A stretch of 64,000 nt of DNA from Acidiferrobacterales bacterium (GTDB lineage: Bacteria > Pseudomonadota > Gammaproteobacteria > Acidiferrobacterales > SZUA-150), in contig CAMYII010000069.1 of NCBI GenBank assembly GCA_947258385.1, positions 11,106 to 75,105 on the forward strand. The letters are read 5' to 3'. Position numbers and translations under genes: made by a program. Shown one piece after another: positions 29,901 to 39,369 of the stretch. The first letter of the stretch is position 1. Every line of letters starts with the position of its first letter. Below the pieces are notes generated by a model. That model was given only the letters and a program-made list of their open reading frames with translations. It did not search any database and had not been told where the DNA came from.

Positions 29901-31802
29901 ATGGCAGTCATTTCAAACAATGCCCGTCGATCCCTACCGCCAGCAAATGCGTTGGTTCTCTGTGTTCTACTATACAGTAACAGCCCCGGTGTCGAGGCGT
30001 CAATATCAGCCGCCGGCCCGAGCCCGCAGAGTGAGACACAGGCGGCTACGGGAGGCACTGAAGAGACACGAGTCCAGGCGAGCCATCAACACGTATCCAC
30101 GACAGACCACAAGGCGTTCAAGCAACTGAATCGTGAATTCAAAACCGGCCAGGAGGTCACCCGGGTCTGTCTTTCCTGTCATACCAAAGCGGCGAAACAG
30201 CTGCACAAGACCAAACACTGGCGCTGGGATTTTACCCACCCGCAAACCGGACAGGCACTGGGCAAGCGAAATATCGTCAACAACTTTTGCGGCTCGATCA
30301 CCACCAATTACGCCTTTTGCACCAGTTGCCACATCAGCTACGGCTGGAAGGATGCCAACTTCAACTTCACCTCCGAGGAGGATGTCGCCTGTATCGTCTG
30401 CCACGATACCACGGGCACTTACCGGAAGTTTCCGGTCGGCACGGGTCACCCAAACTTCGAGGATAATCCGCCGCAGTGCGGCACATGTCATGGCGAAGGC
30501 GACCCGAAGGCCGCGCTGGCAAAACTAAAGACTGCGCCCATCATAATACCGGGCGCCAACGGTGGCACCCCGGTAAGCTGCGATGGCTGCCACGGGGTCG
30601 CACCGCACAAAGGCAATGACCTGCTTAACGGCCATGTCAACAAGGTTGACTGCCAGCAGTGTCACGCAGTAGAACCGGATCCGAACAGCCTGACGGGCTG
30701 GAAAGGACCGGATCTGACGCGCATCGCGCGCAATGTCGGGCTGCCCAAGCGGCGCGACTGCGGGAACTGTCACTTCCATGGCGGCGGTGGCAACGCGGTC
30801 AAACACGGCGATCTCGACAACTCGCTCGTCAGTCCCAAAAAGGCGCTGGACGTGCACATGGATGAGGATGGACTCGACTTCACCTGCGCCACCTGTCACC
30901 GCACCGAAGGCCATGAGGTGCCCGGCAGCCGCTACGCGGGGCTTGCCAAGGACACGGCCGGCATCGTCATCCCGGGGCGCGAATTCAGTCACGCGAGCTG
31001 CGAATCCTGCCACGGTCTCACTCCGCACCCGCGCACGGTGAACAACAAGATGAACGACCACATCGGCAAGGTCGCCTGCCAGAGCTGCCACATTCCGGCC
31101 TTTGCCCGCGGCGGGGTTGCCACGCTGATCTCGTGGGACTGGTCGACCGCGGGAAAACTCGACGCAAACGGCAGGCCGCTCGTGGTGAAGAAACACGAGT
31201 ATTCGCTCTATGACGGCAAGAAGGGGGATTTCCTATTCGCCGAAAACGTCATACCGGAATACCACTGGTATAACGGTGAGGTCAGGTACACCCTGATCAA
31301 GGATACTGTCGACCCAAACCAGGAGGTCAAGATCAACGAGGTCAGCGGCAACCATGACGACCCCAAGGCGCGCATCTGGCCGTTCAAGGCCATGCGCGGC
31401 AAGCAGCCCTACGACAAGGGTAACAAAACATTGGTCGTGGCCCATCTGTTCGGCCACGATGACACTGCCTACTGGGAGAACTTCGATTGGGACAAAGCGA
31501 TCCGAACCGGCATGAGCGCAGCCGGCGCCCCCTACAGCGGCGAGTATGGTTTCGTGCGCACCATCATGTACTGGCCCATCACCCATATGGTGGCACCGAA
31601 GGAAGACGCCCTGGCCTGTGACGCCTGTCACAGCAAAAACGGCCGGCTCAAACACCTGACCGGCTTTTACATGCCCGGCAGGGATTCGAACCGGTGGCTG
31701 GAGCTCATCGGTTGGGCGGCGGTGCTGCTGGCCATCGCGGGCGTGCTCGTGCATATCGTTTGGCACGCGACCACCGTGCGTGCGAAGGGAAGGGGTCAGT
31801 GA
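29901..31802 (+). CDS. Octaheme tetrathionate reductase (OTR)-family multiheme cytochrome c with 11 CxxCH motifs and a C-terminal TM anchor
   Basis: STTDH..F..L, CLSCH..H.W, GKRN.VNNFC, CTSCH.SYGW, CHF.GGGG.AVKHGDLD, WDWSTAG, ITHMVAPKE.AL.C..CH; 11 CxxCH counted. Confidence 0.9.
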   Translation: MAVISNNARRSLPPANALVLCVLLYSNSPGVEASISAAGPSPQSETQAATGGTEETRVQASHQHVSTTDHKAFKQLNREFKTGQEVTRVCLSCHTKAAKQLHKTKHWRWDFTHPQTGQALGKRNIVNNFCGSITTNYAFCTSCHISYGWKDANFNFTSEEDVACIVCHDTTGTYRKFPVGTGHPNFEDNPPQCGTCHGEGDPKAALAKLKTAPIIIPGANGGTPVSCDGCHGVAPHKGNDLLNGHVNKVDCQQCHAVEPDPNSLTGWKGPDLTRIARNVGLPKRRDCGNCHFHGGGGNAVKHGDLDNSLVSPKKALDVHMDEDGLDFTCATCHRTEGHEVPGSRYAGLAKDTAGIVIPGREFSHASCESCHGLTPHPRTVNNKMNDHIGKVACQSCHIPAFARGGVATLISWDWSTAGKLDANGRPLVVKKHEYSLYDGKKGDFLFAENVIPEYHWYNGEVRYTLIKDTVDPNQEVKINEVSGNHDDPKARIWPFKAMRGKQPYDKGNKTLVVAHLFGHDDTAYWENFDWDKAIRTGMSAAGAPYSGEYGFVRTIMYWPITHMVAPKEDALACDACHSKNGRLKHLTGFYMPGRDSNRWLELIGWAAVLLAIAGVLVHIVWHATTVRAKGRGQ

Positions 31803-32258
31803 CGTGACGGTGCAGGATTTGGGTGAGGTTTAGCCTCTCTGGTACGGGATGCCGTACCGGGTGCACCATAACAGGCTGCTCACAGAGCTCAATGTGCGCG
31901 GCGTCTTTTACCCGTTGGTCGTCAAACGGGCGTGTCTCTGCACATCACCTTTGCCGAGAACCTGATTGGTTTAAGGGCATTCGCCATCTCTCCGCACCTC
32001 ACCACGGGCGTGCGCAAGCGATATCTTCCCACGAGGGAAAAGATGTTCGCAGTCGCAGGATTCTATCCCATGAGCATCTTTGACGGGGAGGATTACACCC
32101 ACTGAGATACGCAATCCGCGAAACACAATCCGCCACAACACCTGGTCTCTCTATGCTGCAAATCGCCATCACGCATGCATTTTTGGTTTGAGATTCCAGA
32201 GTCGCGCAACCATCCGACCGTTGATCTCTTCGAAAGATCTCCTACTATCTATTATTAG

Positions 32259-32302
32259 CAGGATGCTGAAAAAATCCGTGGAAGGACTTTTTCAGCATCC
32301 TG
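32259..32302. repeat. Repeat family B hairpin
   Basis: CAGGATGCTGAAAAA-ATCCGTGGAAGGAC-TTTTTCAGCATCCTG. Confidence 0.8.
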
Positions 32303-32406
32303 GCTAGAAAAATACGATCGCCCGTTCACAGCGTCTGATCTTGGATATCTTGCGCAAATAATGAGCGTATGCCGCCCAACAGCTGCTTTTCCGTGTCAAC
32401 AGATTT

Positions 32407-32420
32407 TTGACATAGATCAA
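32407..32420. promoter_or_regulatory. FNR-type box upstream of the diheme cytochrome
   Basis: TTGAC-ATAG-ATCAA (one mismatch to consensus), followed by an AT-rich -10-like region at about 32441-32448. Confidence 0.7.
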
Positions 32421-32484
32421 AGAAATTCGGGGGTATTGATTAATAATGAATACTAATGGTTCGTGTGGAACAGGAGGCCTGAAT

Positions 32485-33102
32485 ATGAAAATAAGGTTGC
32501 TTAGGGTTGCGGCTGTGTGCGCATTACTGGCAACAATGGGCATCGTACAAGCGGCCGGGAATATTGAGGCCGGGAAGAAAAAGGCAGCCAGTTGCAACAC
32601 CTGTCACGGAGAGGATGGGCAAGGCATTAATCCGACCCCGCCGCTGGCAGGTTTGACCGAGGAATACTTTACCCGGCAGATGAACGCCTATAAGACCGGT
32701 AAGCGTGAGAACGCGATGATGGAGGCGTTCGCGCGGCCGCTGAGCGACAAGGACCTCGCTGACATGGCGGCCTATTACGCCGCCCTGCCGAAACCCTGCG
32801 GAGATGGCGGTGCGCCTGCGCCGACAACGACAGGCACCGGCGAGGTGATCGGGGATATCGACGCCGGCAAGAGAAAGGCCGCCAAGGGCGGGGCATCGAG
32901 TTGTAACGGTTGCCACGGCCTCCATGGGCGGGGTGACCCGCTAAATCCCCGCATAGCAGGTCTGGCAACCGGATACTTTATCCACGAGATGAACGACTAC
33001 AAGACGGGTGCGCGCGAACATCTGATGATGCAAGTGGTCGTGCAGGACCTGAATGAAAAGGATATGGCGGATCTGGCGGCGTACTTTGCGTCGCTACGCT
33101 GA
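32485..33102 (+). CDS. Diheme cytochrome c4/c553-type
   Basis: AGGAGG RBS, signal peptide, CNTCH and CNGCH, each followed by P.(L/I)AG..Y..K.G.R..MM..D(M/L)AAY. Confidence 0.92.
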   Translation: MKIRLLRVAAVCALLATMGIVQAAGNIEAGKKKAASCNTCHGEDGQGINPTPPLAGLTEEYFTRQMNAYKTGKRENAMMEAFARPLSDKDLADMAAYYAALPKPCGDGGAPAPTTTGTGEVIGDIDAGKRKAAKGGASSCNGCHGLHGRGDPLNPRIAGLATGYFIHEMNDYKTGAREHLMMQVVVQDLNEKDMADLAAYFASLR

Positions 33103-33293
33103 AGACCGGCTGGCGCGTACGCTTCATCTGTATCCGTCGCAGAAATAGTCAATTCAACGTCGCGCCCGGGGTATGCAAGCCCGGACTTGCCCGAAGGGGT
33201 GCGCTGCTCCCTATGGGGAATCCCATGGCGTTGTGCCCGCGGCAATACCGCAGGGAATTCTTGTGCAACATAACGGCTGAGGAACGCGGTCTG

Positions 33294-33992
33294 TCAGCGA
33301 GCTGCGTTCGGCGTCGCACTCGCCTCGCATTGTTCTCCAGTCCATCCAGCGATTCGCTCCTTTTCCGCCTCAACAAAATCGCTGGCCAACATGGCCATCT
33401 CTTCGTAGAAGGGCAGTTCCGCCGCCTCGATGACCTTTTCGCAAAACGTAGGCACCCAACGGGCGAGATGCTTCTCGATGAACTCCTGTTCGATATGCTG
33501 GACGCGTCTCACCGTATCGAGATCGCTTTCGCGCCAGGCCTGCGCCTCCATGCCGGTAAGTGCCTGCATGAATTCCAGCTCAACACTGAGATGATCCGGT
33601 ATGACGGTATTGTCTGGCCGGTATTCAAAACCGACTGATTCGATAAAGCGTTTGACTTCGGCGGTTGACTGCCCCCAGAGTGATCCGCCCCCTCCTTCGA
33701 TATGAACGGACTCGTGGGGCGGAATATGTTTTCCGGGACCAACGAACAGCCGGGTATATTCCACCGCCAGATCGACAAGCAGTTGACTCTCGGAAAGGTT
33801 TCGAAAATCCGCCTCCAGCTCGACGCCGGCGCTGGCCAGGGCCGTGATTATCGTGGGTCTTCTGATCTGCTCGACGAGTTCGGCGCTCGGTGGTTCCCGG
33901 TAGACAGCAACCAGAAAACCATACATGTGACTGATCGCGGTGACCGTAGCGGCCATTTCCAAGGGCTCATCGGCCAGTCGTAGATCTCTCAT
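33294..33992 (-). CDS. TorD/DmsD-family molybdoenzyme maturation chaperone
   Basis: EYTRLFVGP..PPHESV, PDHLSVELEFM, F..KHL..W. Confidence 0.92.
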   Translation of the reverse strand: MRDLRLADEPLEMAATVTAISHMYGFLVAVYREPPSAELVEQIRRPTIITALASAGVELEADFRNLSESQLLVDLAVEYTRLFVGPGKHIPPHESVHIEGGGGSLWGQSTAEVKRFIESVGFEYRPDNTVIPDHLSVELEFMQALTGMEAQAWRESDLDTVRRVQHIEQEFIEKHLARWVPTFCEKVIEAAELPFYEEMAMLASDFVEAEKERIAGWTGEQCEASATPNAAR

Positions 33993-34009
33993 GCGTCATC
34001 CCACGCGCG

Positions 34010-36550
34010 CTACGCCTTGGTGACGGATACGACGGTATCCATACAGCGCTGTTGACCGGTTATCGGTTCGGGCGTGTTGGGTATGATCCAGTTCGGGTTC
34101 ACGCCATTGCTACGCCACCACTTGGTCGCCAGCCTTGGGTTTTCGTCAACCCCGGTGGGCGATTTGGTTCCTGATGCATAGCGCCCGCTCTGCCAGTGCC
34201 CACAGTGATAGGCAACGGCAATCACGCCGGGCACGACCGAGGGCGTCACGTGCACTACCGTTTTGAGCTCGGCGATACTGGACCTGACCTGCACGACGTC
34301 TCCGTCCTTGATGCCCCGGGCCAGCGCCGTTGCCGGATTCATCCAGGCAGGGTTGTCGTGATAAATCTCGCTCAACCACTTGCAGTTCTGCGTACGCGAA
34401 TTGGTGTGCACGTTGACCTTATAGGTGGTCAAGACCAACTCATCGGGCCGCATTCTCTCATGCTCGGGAACCGCTATGTAGGTCGGAAGCGGGGAGAACC
34501 CTTTGTCCTTTAAGAGAGTGGAATAGATCTCAAAATGACCCGACTTGTTCAGCACGTCGGGATGGAACCCGGCATAGACCCTGCCCCCTATCCTCTGACC
34601 GACATAGCCCTTGTGCGCATCCTTGGTGCGCGTATAGCCGTTTCGCTCCGCTGCCTCGCGGCTTCTGGCCCCGGACTTCTTCCAATTCCAGTAAACGTCT
34701 GTCGCTGCGTCTAAGATGACGTCCTCATGATTCACATCCTTCGATGAGATCCTTCTCTTATAGCCGTAGTATTCCGGCCTGGCATTGACATCGAACCAGA
34801 CGCCATTGCGTTTCATGTACTCAAAACCACCGGCTTGTTTGACTCCAGGCGTCATCTCGCAGGATTGCCGGACGAAATCCCTGGCAGAATCGAAGCCCAG
34901 CGGAAATCCAAGCCGTTGCGCCAGATCGCAACACACGTCCTTGAAGTCCCGCGCCTCGCCCAGCGGTTCCACCAGGGGCTGACGGATATAATACTCGGGA
35001 ATCTGGTTCGGGCCGATGTGGTCTTCCCAGTCCCACCGTTCCAAGTAGGTGGCGTCCGGCAGAATGAGATCGGCCAGGGCGGCGGACTCGTCATAAAACG
35101 GGCTCACACAGACGGTGTAGGGCAGTAGCGTCTCATTTTCCAGGATGGAGATATTTTCCAGGACTTCACCGTTGCTGTAGGCGGGATTGTGGCAATACCA
35201 CATATAGACATCCGGCCGTCCCATCCGGCCGTCCTTGATCACCTTGAGTATCTGATGGCTGACATGGTGGTGAGGGAAGGCCGCTTGCCCCTTAAAGCCA
35301 TCCAGTATCTTTAACTTCTTTGCCCTGGGTCTGCGCTTCGGTCCGCGCGGATACCTCCACTGCGCCTTTACGGCCCGGCATCGGCCGCCGGGGTTGTCGA
35401 TGTTTCCCGTAATCGCGGCCAGCAGTTGGATGGCGCGCTCGGTTTCGACGCCGTTGTAGTGCGCGGCCGCGCCGCGATAACTGATGACGACGGCAGGCTT
35501 CGCATTGGCGAACTCATGCGCGATGGTCCAGATTTTTGCCACCGGGACGCCACTGACCTCCTCCGCCCATTCCGGGGTGTATCGCGCCAGATGGTGCTTG
35601 AGCGTCGCAATCTTTTCACCGATAGACGCGCGCGGATTTAGTGTTACTTTGCAGTATTTGAGGAACTGCTCACCTTCGCCTCGGTACAGGCCGGCATTCA
35701 CGATGATGTGGCACATCGCGAGGACAACGGCGCCATCGGTGCCGGGCCTCACCGGCACCCACTGACTTGATTTGGCGACGGTATTGGCAAGTCTCACATC
35801 GAACGTTACTAGCCGCACGCGGCGATCCACAATGGCATTGACCAGCCGTTGTGCCAGCGGAATATGGTTCGAATGGGCTTCCACACAATTACTGCCAAAA
35901 TTGAGCACATAACTGGTTTCGTCAAAATCCCAGTTATCGTCCTGGTTGCCCCAGGTCAGCTCCTGGGCAATCCATTTGCCGCTTTGGCTGGTGCTGGCGT
36001 GGTTGCCGATGGTCGCGGTGCCGTAGGCCGCGAGAAATGATTGTATCATCGCGTAGGCGCTTCCTTCCATCCGGCCATAATGGAACATGAACTTTTCCGG
36101 CTGCTCTTTCTCGCGGAGCACCTTCAGCCGGCCGGTGAGGTCCGCAAGCGCTTCGTCCCAGGAGATCTGCTGCCATTTCCCTTCGCCACGGCGCCCCACA
36201 CGCTTTAGAGGGTATAAAATCCGGTCAGGATCATTGACCTGGTTGACACCGGCCTGACCCTTCGCGCACATCTTGCCCAGGGTCCTTATCGAGCGGGGCT
36301 GGCCTTCCACTTTGACGACCCGGCCGTCCTCGACATAGCCAATGGCGGGGCAGCGGGTGACACATTGCCAGCACGCAGTCGGAATGGCCTTGCGCGGACA
36401 TCCCCGGGTCGGAGAGAAATCCTTGCCCCCCCATTCGAGAAACCGGGTCGGCTGCGCCAGGGCCTCTTTGCCAACGAGCATTGTGGTCGCCGCCGCAGTC
36501 CCCAGCTTCATAAAATCTCGACGATTAAACATGATCTTTCCCTTCCTCAT
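34010..36550 (-). CDS. Mo/W-bisPGD oxidoreductase catalytic subunit (PsrA/PhsA/SrrA/TtrA/ArrA-related), Tat exported
   Basis: NRRDFMK Tat motif; CWQCVTRC..C [4Fe-4S]; DPDRILYPLKRVG.RGEGKW..ISWDEAL; PGTDGA; ADLILPDATYLERWD; MNP.TA..GI.DGD. Confidence 0.9.
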   Translation of the reverse strand: MRKGKIMFNRRDFMKLGTAAATTMLVGKEALAQPTRFLEWGGKDFSPTRGCPRKAIPTACWQCVTRCPAIGYVEDGRVVKVEGQPRSIRTLGKMCAKGQAGVNQVNDPDRILYPLKRVGRRGEGKWQQISWDEALADLTGRLKVLREKEQPEKFMFHYGRMEGSAYAMIQSFLAAYGTATIGNHASTSQSGKWIAQELTWGNQDDNWDFDETSYVLNFGSNCVEAHSNHIPLAQRLVNAIVDRRVRLVTFDVRLANTVAKSSQWVPVRPGTDGAVVLAMCHIIVNAGLYRGEGEQFLKYCKVTLNPRASIGEKIATLKHHLARYTPEWAEEVSGVPVAKIWTIAHEFANAKPAVVISYRGAAAHYNGVETERAIQLLAAITGNIDNPGGRCRAVKAQWRYPRGPKRRPRAKKLKILDGFKGQAAFPHHHVSHQILKVIKDGRMGRPDVYMWYCHNPAYSNGEVLENISILENETLLPYTVCVSPFYDESAALADLILPDATYLERWDWEDHIGPNQIPEYYIRQPLVEPLGEARDFKDVCCDLAQRLGFPLGFDSARDFVRQSCEMTPGVKQAGGFEYMKRNGVWFDVNARPEYYGYKRRISSKDVNHEDVILDAATDVYWNWKKSGARSREAAERNGYTRTKDAHKGYVGQRIGGRVYAGFHPDVLNKSGHFEIYSTLLKDKGFSPLPTYIAVPEHERMRPDELVLTTYKVNVHTNSRTQNCKWLSEIYHDNPAWMNPATALARGIKDGDVVQVRSSIAELKTVVHVTPSVVPGVIAVAYHCGHWQSGRYASGTKSPTGVDENPRLATKWWRSNGVNPNWIIPNTPEPITGQQRCMDTVVSVTKA

Positions 36551-37503
36551 AGCCCGATCGGATAGGTAATCTGCCCGGCCGTCACCACGACATAACGCAA
36601 CATGAACCCGCCGATCAGCACGGCCACCGGCATGAACACCTCGAGGCTGCGGTGTACCTCAAAGGTTTTCTGGTAAAGCAACCTGGGCAGAATCAGAAAC
36701 AGTTCGATCACCGCCGGTATCAGAAGTCCGAGCAATACCACCCAAAGCCAGAACGTAGATGCCAGGGGGCCTCCCGCCAGAATGACCGAAATGGCGTGCT
36801 TGACACTGCCGATCGTTAGATGGGCGTACATGATGAACAGCAAGAGCACCAGCGATTCCAGAGCAATCAGCAAAATATCCGTGGCGGTCAACAGGTAGCC
36901 GCTTTCGCGGTACCGGTGTTCCGCCTCCGGATCCCCTTTTCGGTGCAATATGGCCCACGCCAGCATGATGCCGGCGATCCCGGTGGACAACGATGACAAC
37001 AGGAACAGCATCGCCAGGATGGGCGAGTTCCAGAAGGGCCGCGAGGGCATGGCGCCCAGCAACACGCCAGTATACACGGCCACACCGATACCAAGCGGCA
37101 CGCACACCCACGCCAGGAGCCTTCTCGGCCTATCCCACTTATCGCCGGGGGCCGCGTTTCTCGGGAGGAAAGTGGCCGCATACAGAATGCTGATCCCGAT
37201 AAAAAAGGTCAGCAGCCAGGTCCCGATGGACATGGGCGACAAGTTGATAACCCTGTAAAGGTTAATCCACCGGAACCAGAGGCCCACGTGAAAAGTACCC
37301 AGCTCAAAAATCAGCAGGAAGCAGCCGATGCTGACTGGAATCGGAGCAATGAAAGCGCCATAACGCGCAATGTTGAAGTAGGTCCCGGAAGGTCCGCTGC
37401 GCAACAGCACCGAGGCGCTGGTAGCCAGGGCACCGGCGCCCATGCCGGCGAGGAACAGATAACTGATCACCGGCAGACTCCACGTTAATTCTTCGCCGTG
37501 CAT
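36547..37503 (-). CDS. NrfD/PsrC-family quinol-interacting membrane anchor
   Basis: W.LPVISYLFLAGMGAG, SPMSIGTW, YTGVLL..RPFWN, GG..LRY. Confidence 0.93.
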   Translation of the reverse strand: MHGEELTWSLPVISYLFLAGMGAGALATSASVLLRSGPSGTYFNIARYGAFIAPIPVSIGCFLLIFELGTFHVGLWFRWINLYRVINLSPMSIGTWLLTFFIGISILYAATFLPRNAAPGDKWDRPRRLLAWVCVPLGIGVAVYTGVLLGAMPSRPFWNSPILAMLFLLSSLSTGIAGIMLAWAILHRKGDPEAEHRYRESGYLLTATDILLIALESLVLLLFIMYAHLTIGSVKHAISVILAGGPLASTFWLWVVLLGLLIPAVIELFLILPRLLYQKTFEVHRSLEVFMPVAVLIGGFMLRYVVVTAGQITYPIGL

Positions 37504-37505
37504 CG

Positions 37506-38261
37506 CTACCTCCTCTCCTTTTTCGATCGGTGGGTGTTCACGTGAATGTACTGGCCGGTATAGTGGATGTCGTGCTCGTCGGAATCGTCCGCGCCGATGT
37601 AGAACACATTTGGTTGCGTGCCCATTTCCTTCCTCAACACCGTAACCGCGTTGTGCGCGATGAGCTTGGAGATTTCACTGCCTGACGCGTTCACATCGCC
37701 GAAGATGCGCGCACGCCCCACACAGGTATTCACACAGGCGGGAACCAGCCCTTGGCTTATGCGATGCACACAGAAATCACACTTGTCGGCCGTGCCCGTA
37801 ATCGGGTTCAAGAAGCGGGCATCATAAGGACAGGCTTGAAGACAATACTTGCACCCGATGCACATGTTCTTGTCTATGACGACGATGCCATCCCGCCGCT
37901 TGTACGTCGCGCCGGTAGGACACACGCGGACGCACGGTGGCTCCGAACAGTGGTTGCACAGCCGCGGCAGGAAGGTCCGTTGCGCAAAGGGGTGGTCCCC
38001 CTTTTCGGTATACTCCACCCACGATCTGTTTACCCCCAGCGGCACGTCGAACTCGCTTTTGCACGCGACCGTGCAGGCGTGGCATCCGACACAGCGGCGG
38101 GCGTCGATGAGCATTCCGTACTGGACTGCGCGCTTGGGGGCGGCGGCGCGCGCGGCGGCGGGTAAGGCGGCCGCGCCGGCGGCCGCCGCGGTCGCGACGC
38201 CCAGCCGCTCCATGAATTTCCGGCGGCCGCGCTTGCGTTTCATGGTTCTGGCAGACATCAT
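37506..38261 (-). CDS. 4Fe-4S electron-transfer subunit (TtrB/PsrB/NrfC-like) with Tat-like signal
   Basis: GRRKFM; CVGCHACTVAC, CNHCSEPPCVRVCP, CIGCKYCLQACP, KCDFC..PACVNTC. Confidence 0.93.
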   Translation of the reverse strand: MMSARTMKRKRGRRKFMERLGVATAAAAGAAALPAAARAAAPKRAVQYGMLIDARRCVGCHACTVACKSEFDVPLGVNRSWVEYTEKGDHPFAQRTFLPRLCNHCSEPPCVRVCPTGATYKRRDGIVVIDKNMCIGCKYCLQACPYDARFLNPITGTADKCDFCVHRISQGLVPACVNTCVGRARIFGDVNASGSEISKLIAHNAVTVLRKEMGTQPNVFYIGADDSDEHDIHYTGQYIHVNTHRSKKERR

Positions 38262-38305
38262 TTTCTCCGTTCGAAACCCGTTTGGACCCATAATCTCAAG
38301 CTCAA

Positions 38306-38346
38306 AGTATAGACAGAGCTCGAACATGTTTATTGATAAAGATCAA
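38306..38346 (-). promoter_or_regulatory. Class II FNR-dependent promoter of the molybdoenzyme operon
   Basis: Perfect TTGAT-AAAG-ATCAA at 38333-38346; minus-strand TATACT at 38311-38306 places the box near -41.5. Confidence 0.85.
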
Positions 38347-38939
38347 TTTCTCGCAACTTTCAATTCATCCGATCCAGATCAATCCGTCAGGAATCCATCG
38401 GCGGGCCAGACAAGCGCTGCTATCATGGTGAGTTCAACCCGCAAGCGTCTCCGATCCACCGCCTCCGGCGCGACATGGCGCGGTGACATGCGCCGAGGCG
38501 TCGTTCCCTACCGCATGGTGTCGCACCGAGTCGACCATGTGCGGCCGGGTCTCAACGAAACCCGCGATACAAACAACAGGACATCCACTCCGACTTGCCC
38601 CCGGGGCATAAGCGAAGATGCGCAGCAGCGTCGCCCGGGGCCCACCCCGTATGCCAGTGCCGCGATCTTCTTTCCGGGAAACCAAGAGCGCTTCTGATCC
38701 GACGGTCGGGCTTGACCAGGGCAAAGGCTACCGCCATGATCAACCGCCAGTGCCCTTGCGAAATGCCACCTGCCCGGGCCGTTATGGCGGCCTTGTTCGT
38801 CCAGCGATTTGCGGTTGGGTAACCGCGCAAATCTTCCACTCGTTGCAGGTCATGAAAGTTTGATGGGCAGGGACTGATTTGAATGATAATGTGAACCGTA
38901 CTATGCTTGGCGTGTTCCCCTGGAGCAGGAGGTTTTATT

Positions 38940-39269
38940 ATGAAAAGAACAGTCCCTATCGTGGCAGGTGTATGTTTGTGCCTGGCGGCGATAGGCACCG
39001 CCCTGGCGGCCGGGGACGCCAAACTTGGTGAAAAGCAGGCATCCAGTTGCAATGGTTGCCACGGGGCGGACGGGCGGGGCCAGGGCCCCAATCCACCGCT
39101 GGCCGGCATGAAAGAGGCGTACTTTATCCAGCAGATGAATGATTACAAGTCTGGCGCCCGTTCCCATCTGTTTATGCAAAGGCTCGCGCAGGGGCTGAGC
39201 GATCCGCATATCGCCAACATGGCGGCCTATTATGCCTCGCTCCCACCGCCTTCTGGAAAGGGCAAGTGA
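38940..39269 (+). CDS. Monoheme cytochrome c553-type
   Basis: AGGAGG RBS, signal peptide (ALA), CNGCH, PPLAG..YKSGAR..MAAYYASL. Confidence 0.9.
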   Translation: MKRTVPIVAGVCLCLAAIGTALAAGDAKLGEKQASSCNGCHGADGRGQGPNPPLAGMKEAYFIQQMNDYKSGARSHLFMQRLAQGLSDPHIANMAAYYASLPPPSGKGK

Positions 39270-39369
39270 AAGGTGAAGAACCGCATTTAATTCCATGAAT
39301 CATGGTTGATGCGATGTTTCTGCAACAATACAACCATTAGGTATTGTGTGAGGGATTGAGAAAGGAAAA

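Noticed and set aside
34010-36550. Naming the molybdoenzyme arrA, arxA, ttrA or psrA
   Set aside because: It lacks the RGRY (ArrA) and GRGWG (ArxA) motifs and the Cys ligand, and is shorter than typical TtrA; a phylogeny is needed
38350-38930. Gene or structured RNA in the divergent intergenic region
   Set aside because: ORFs lack motifs and an RBS; no riboswitch (e.g. Moco) consensus recognisable by eye
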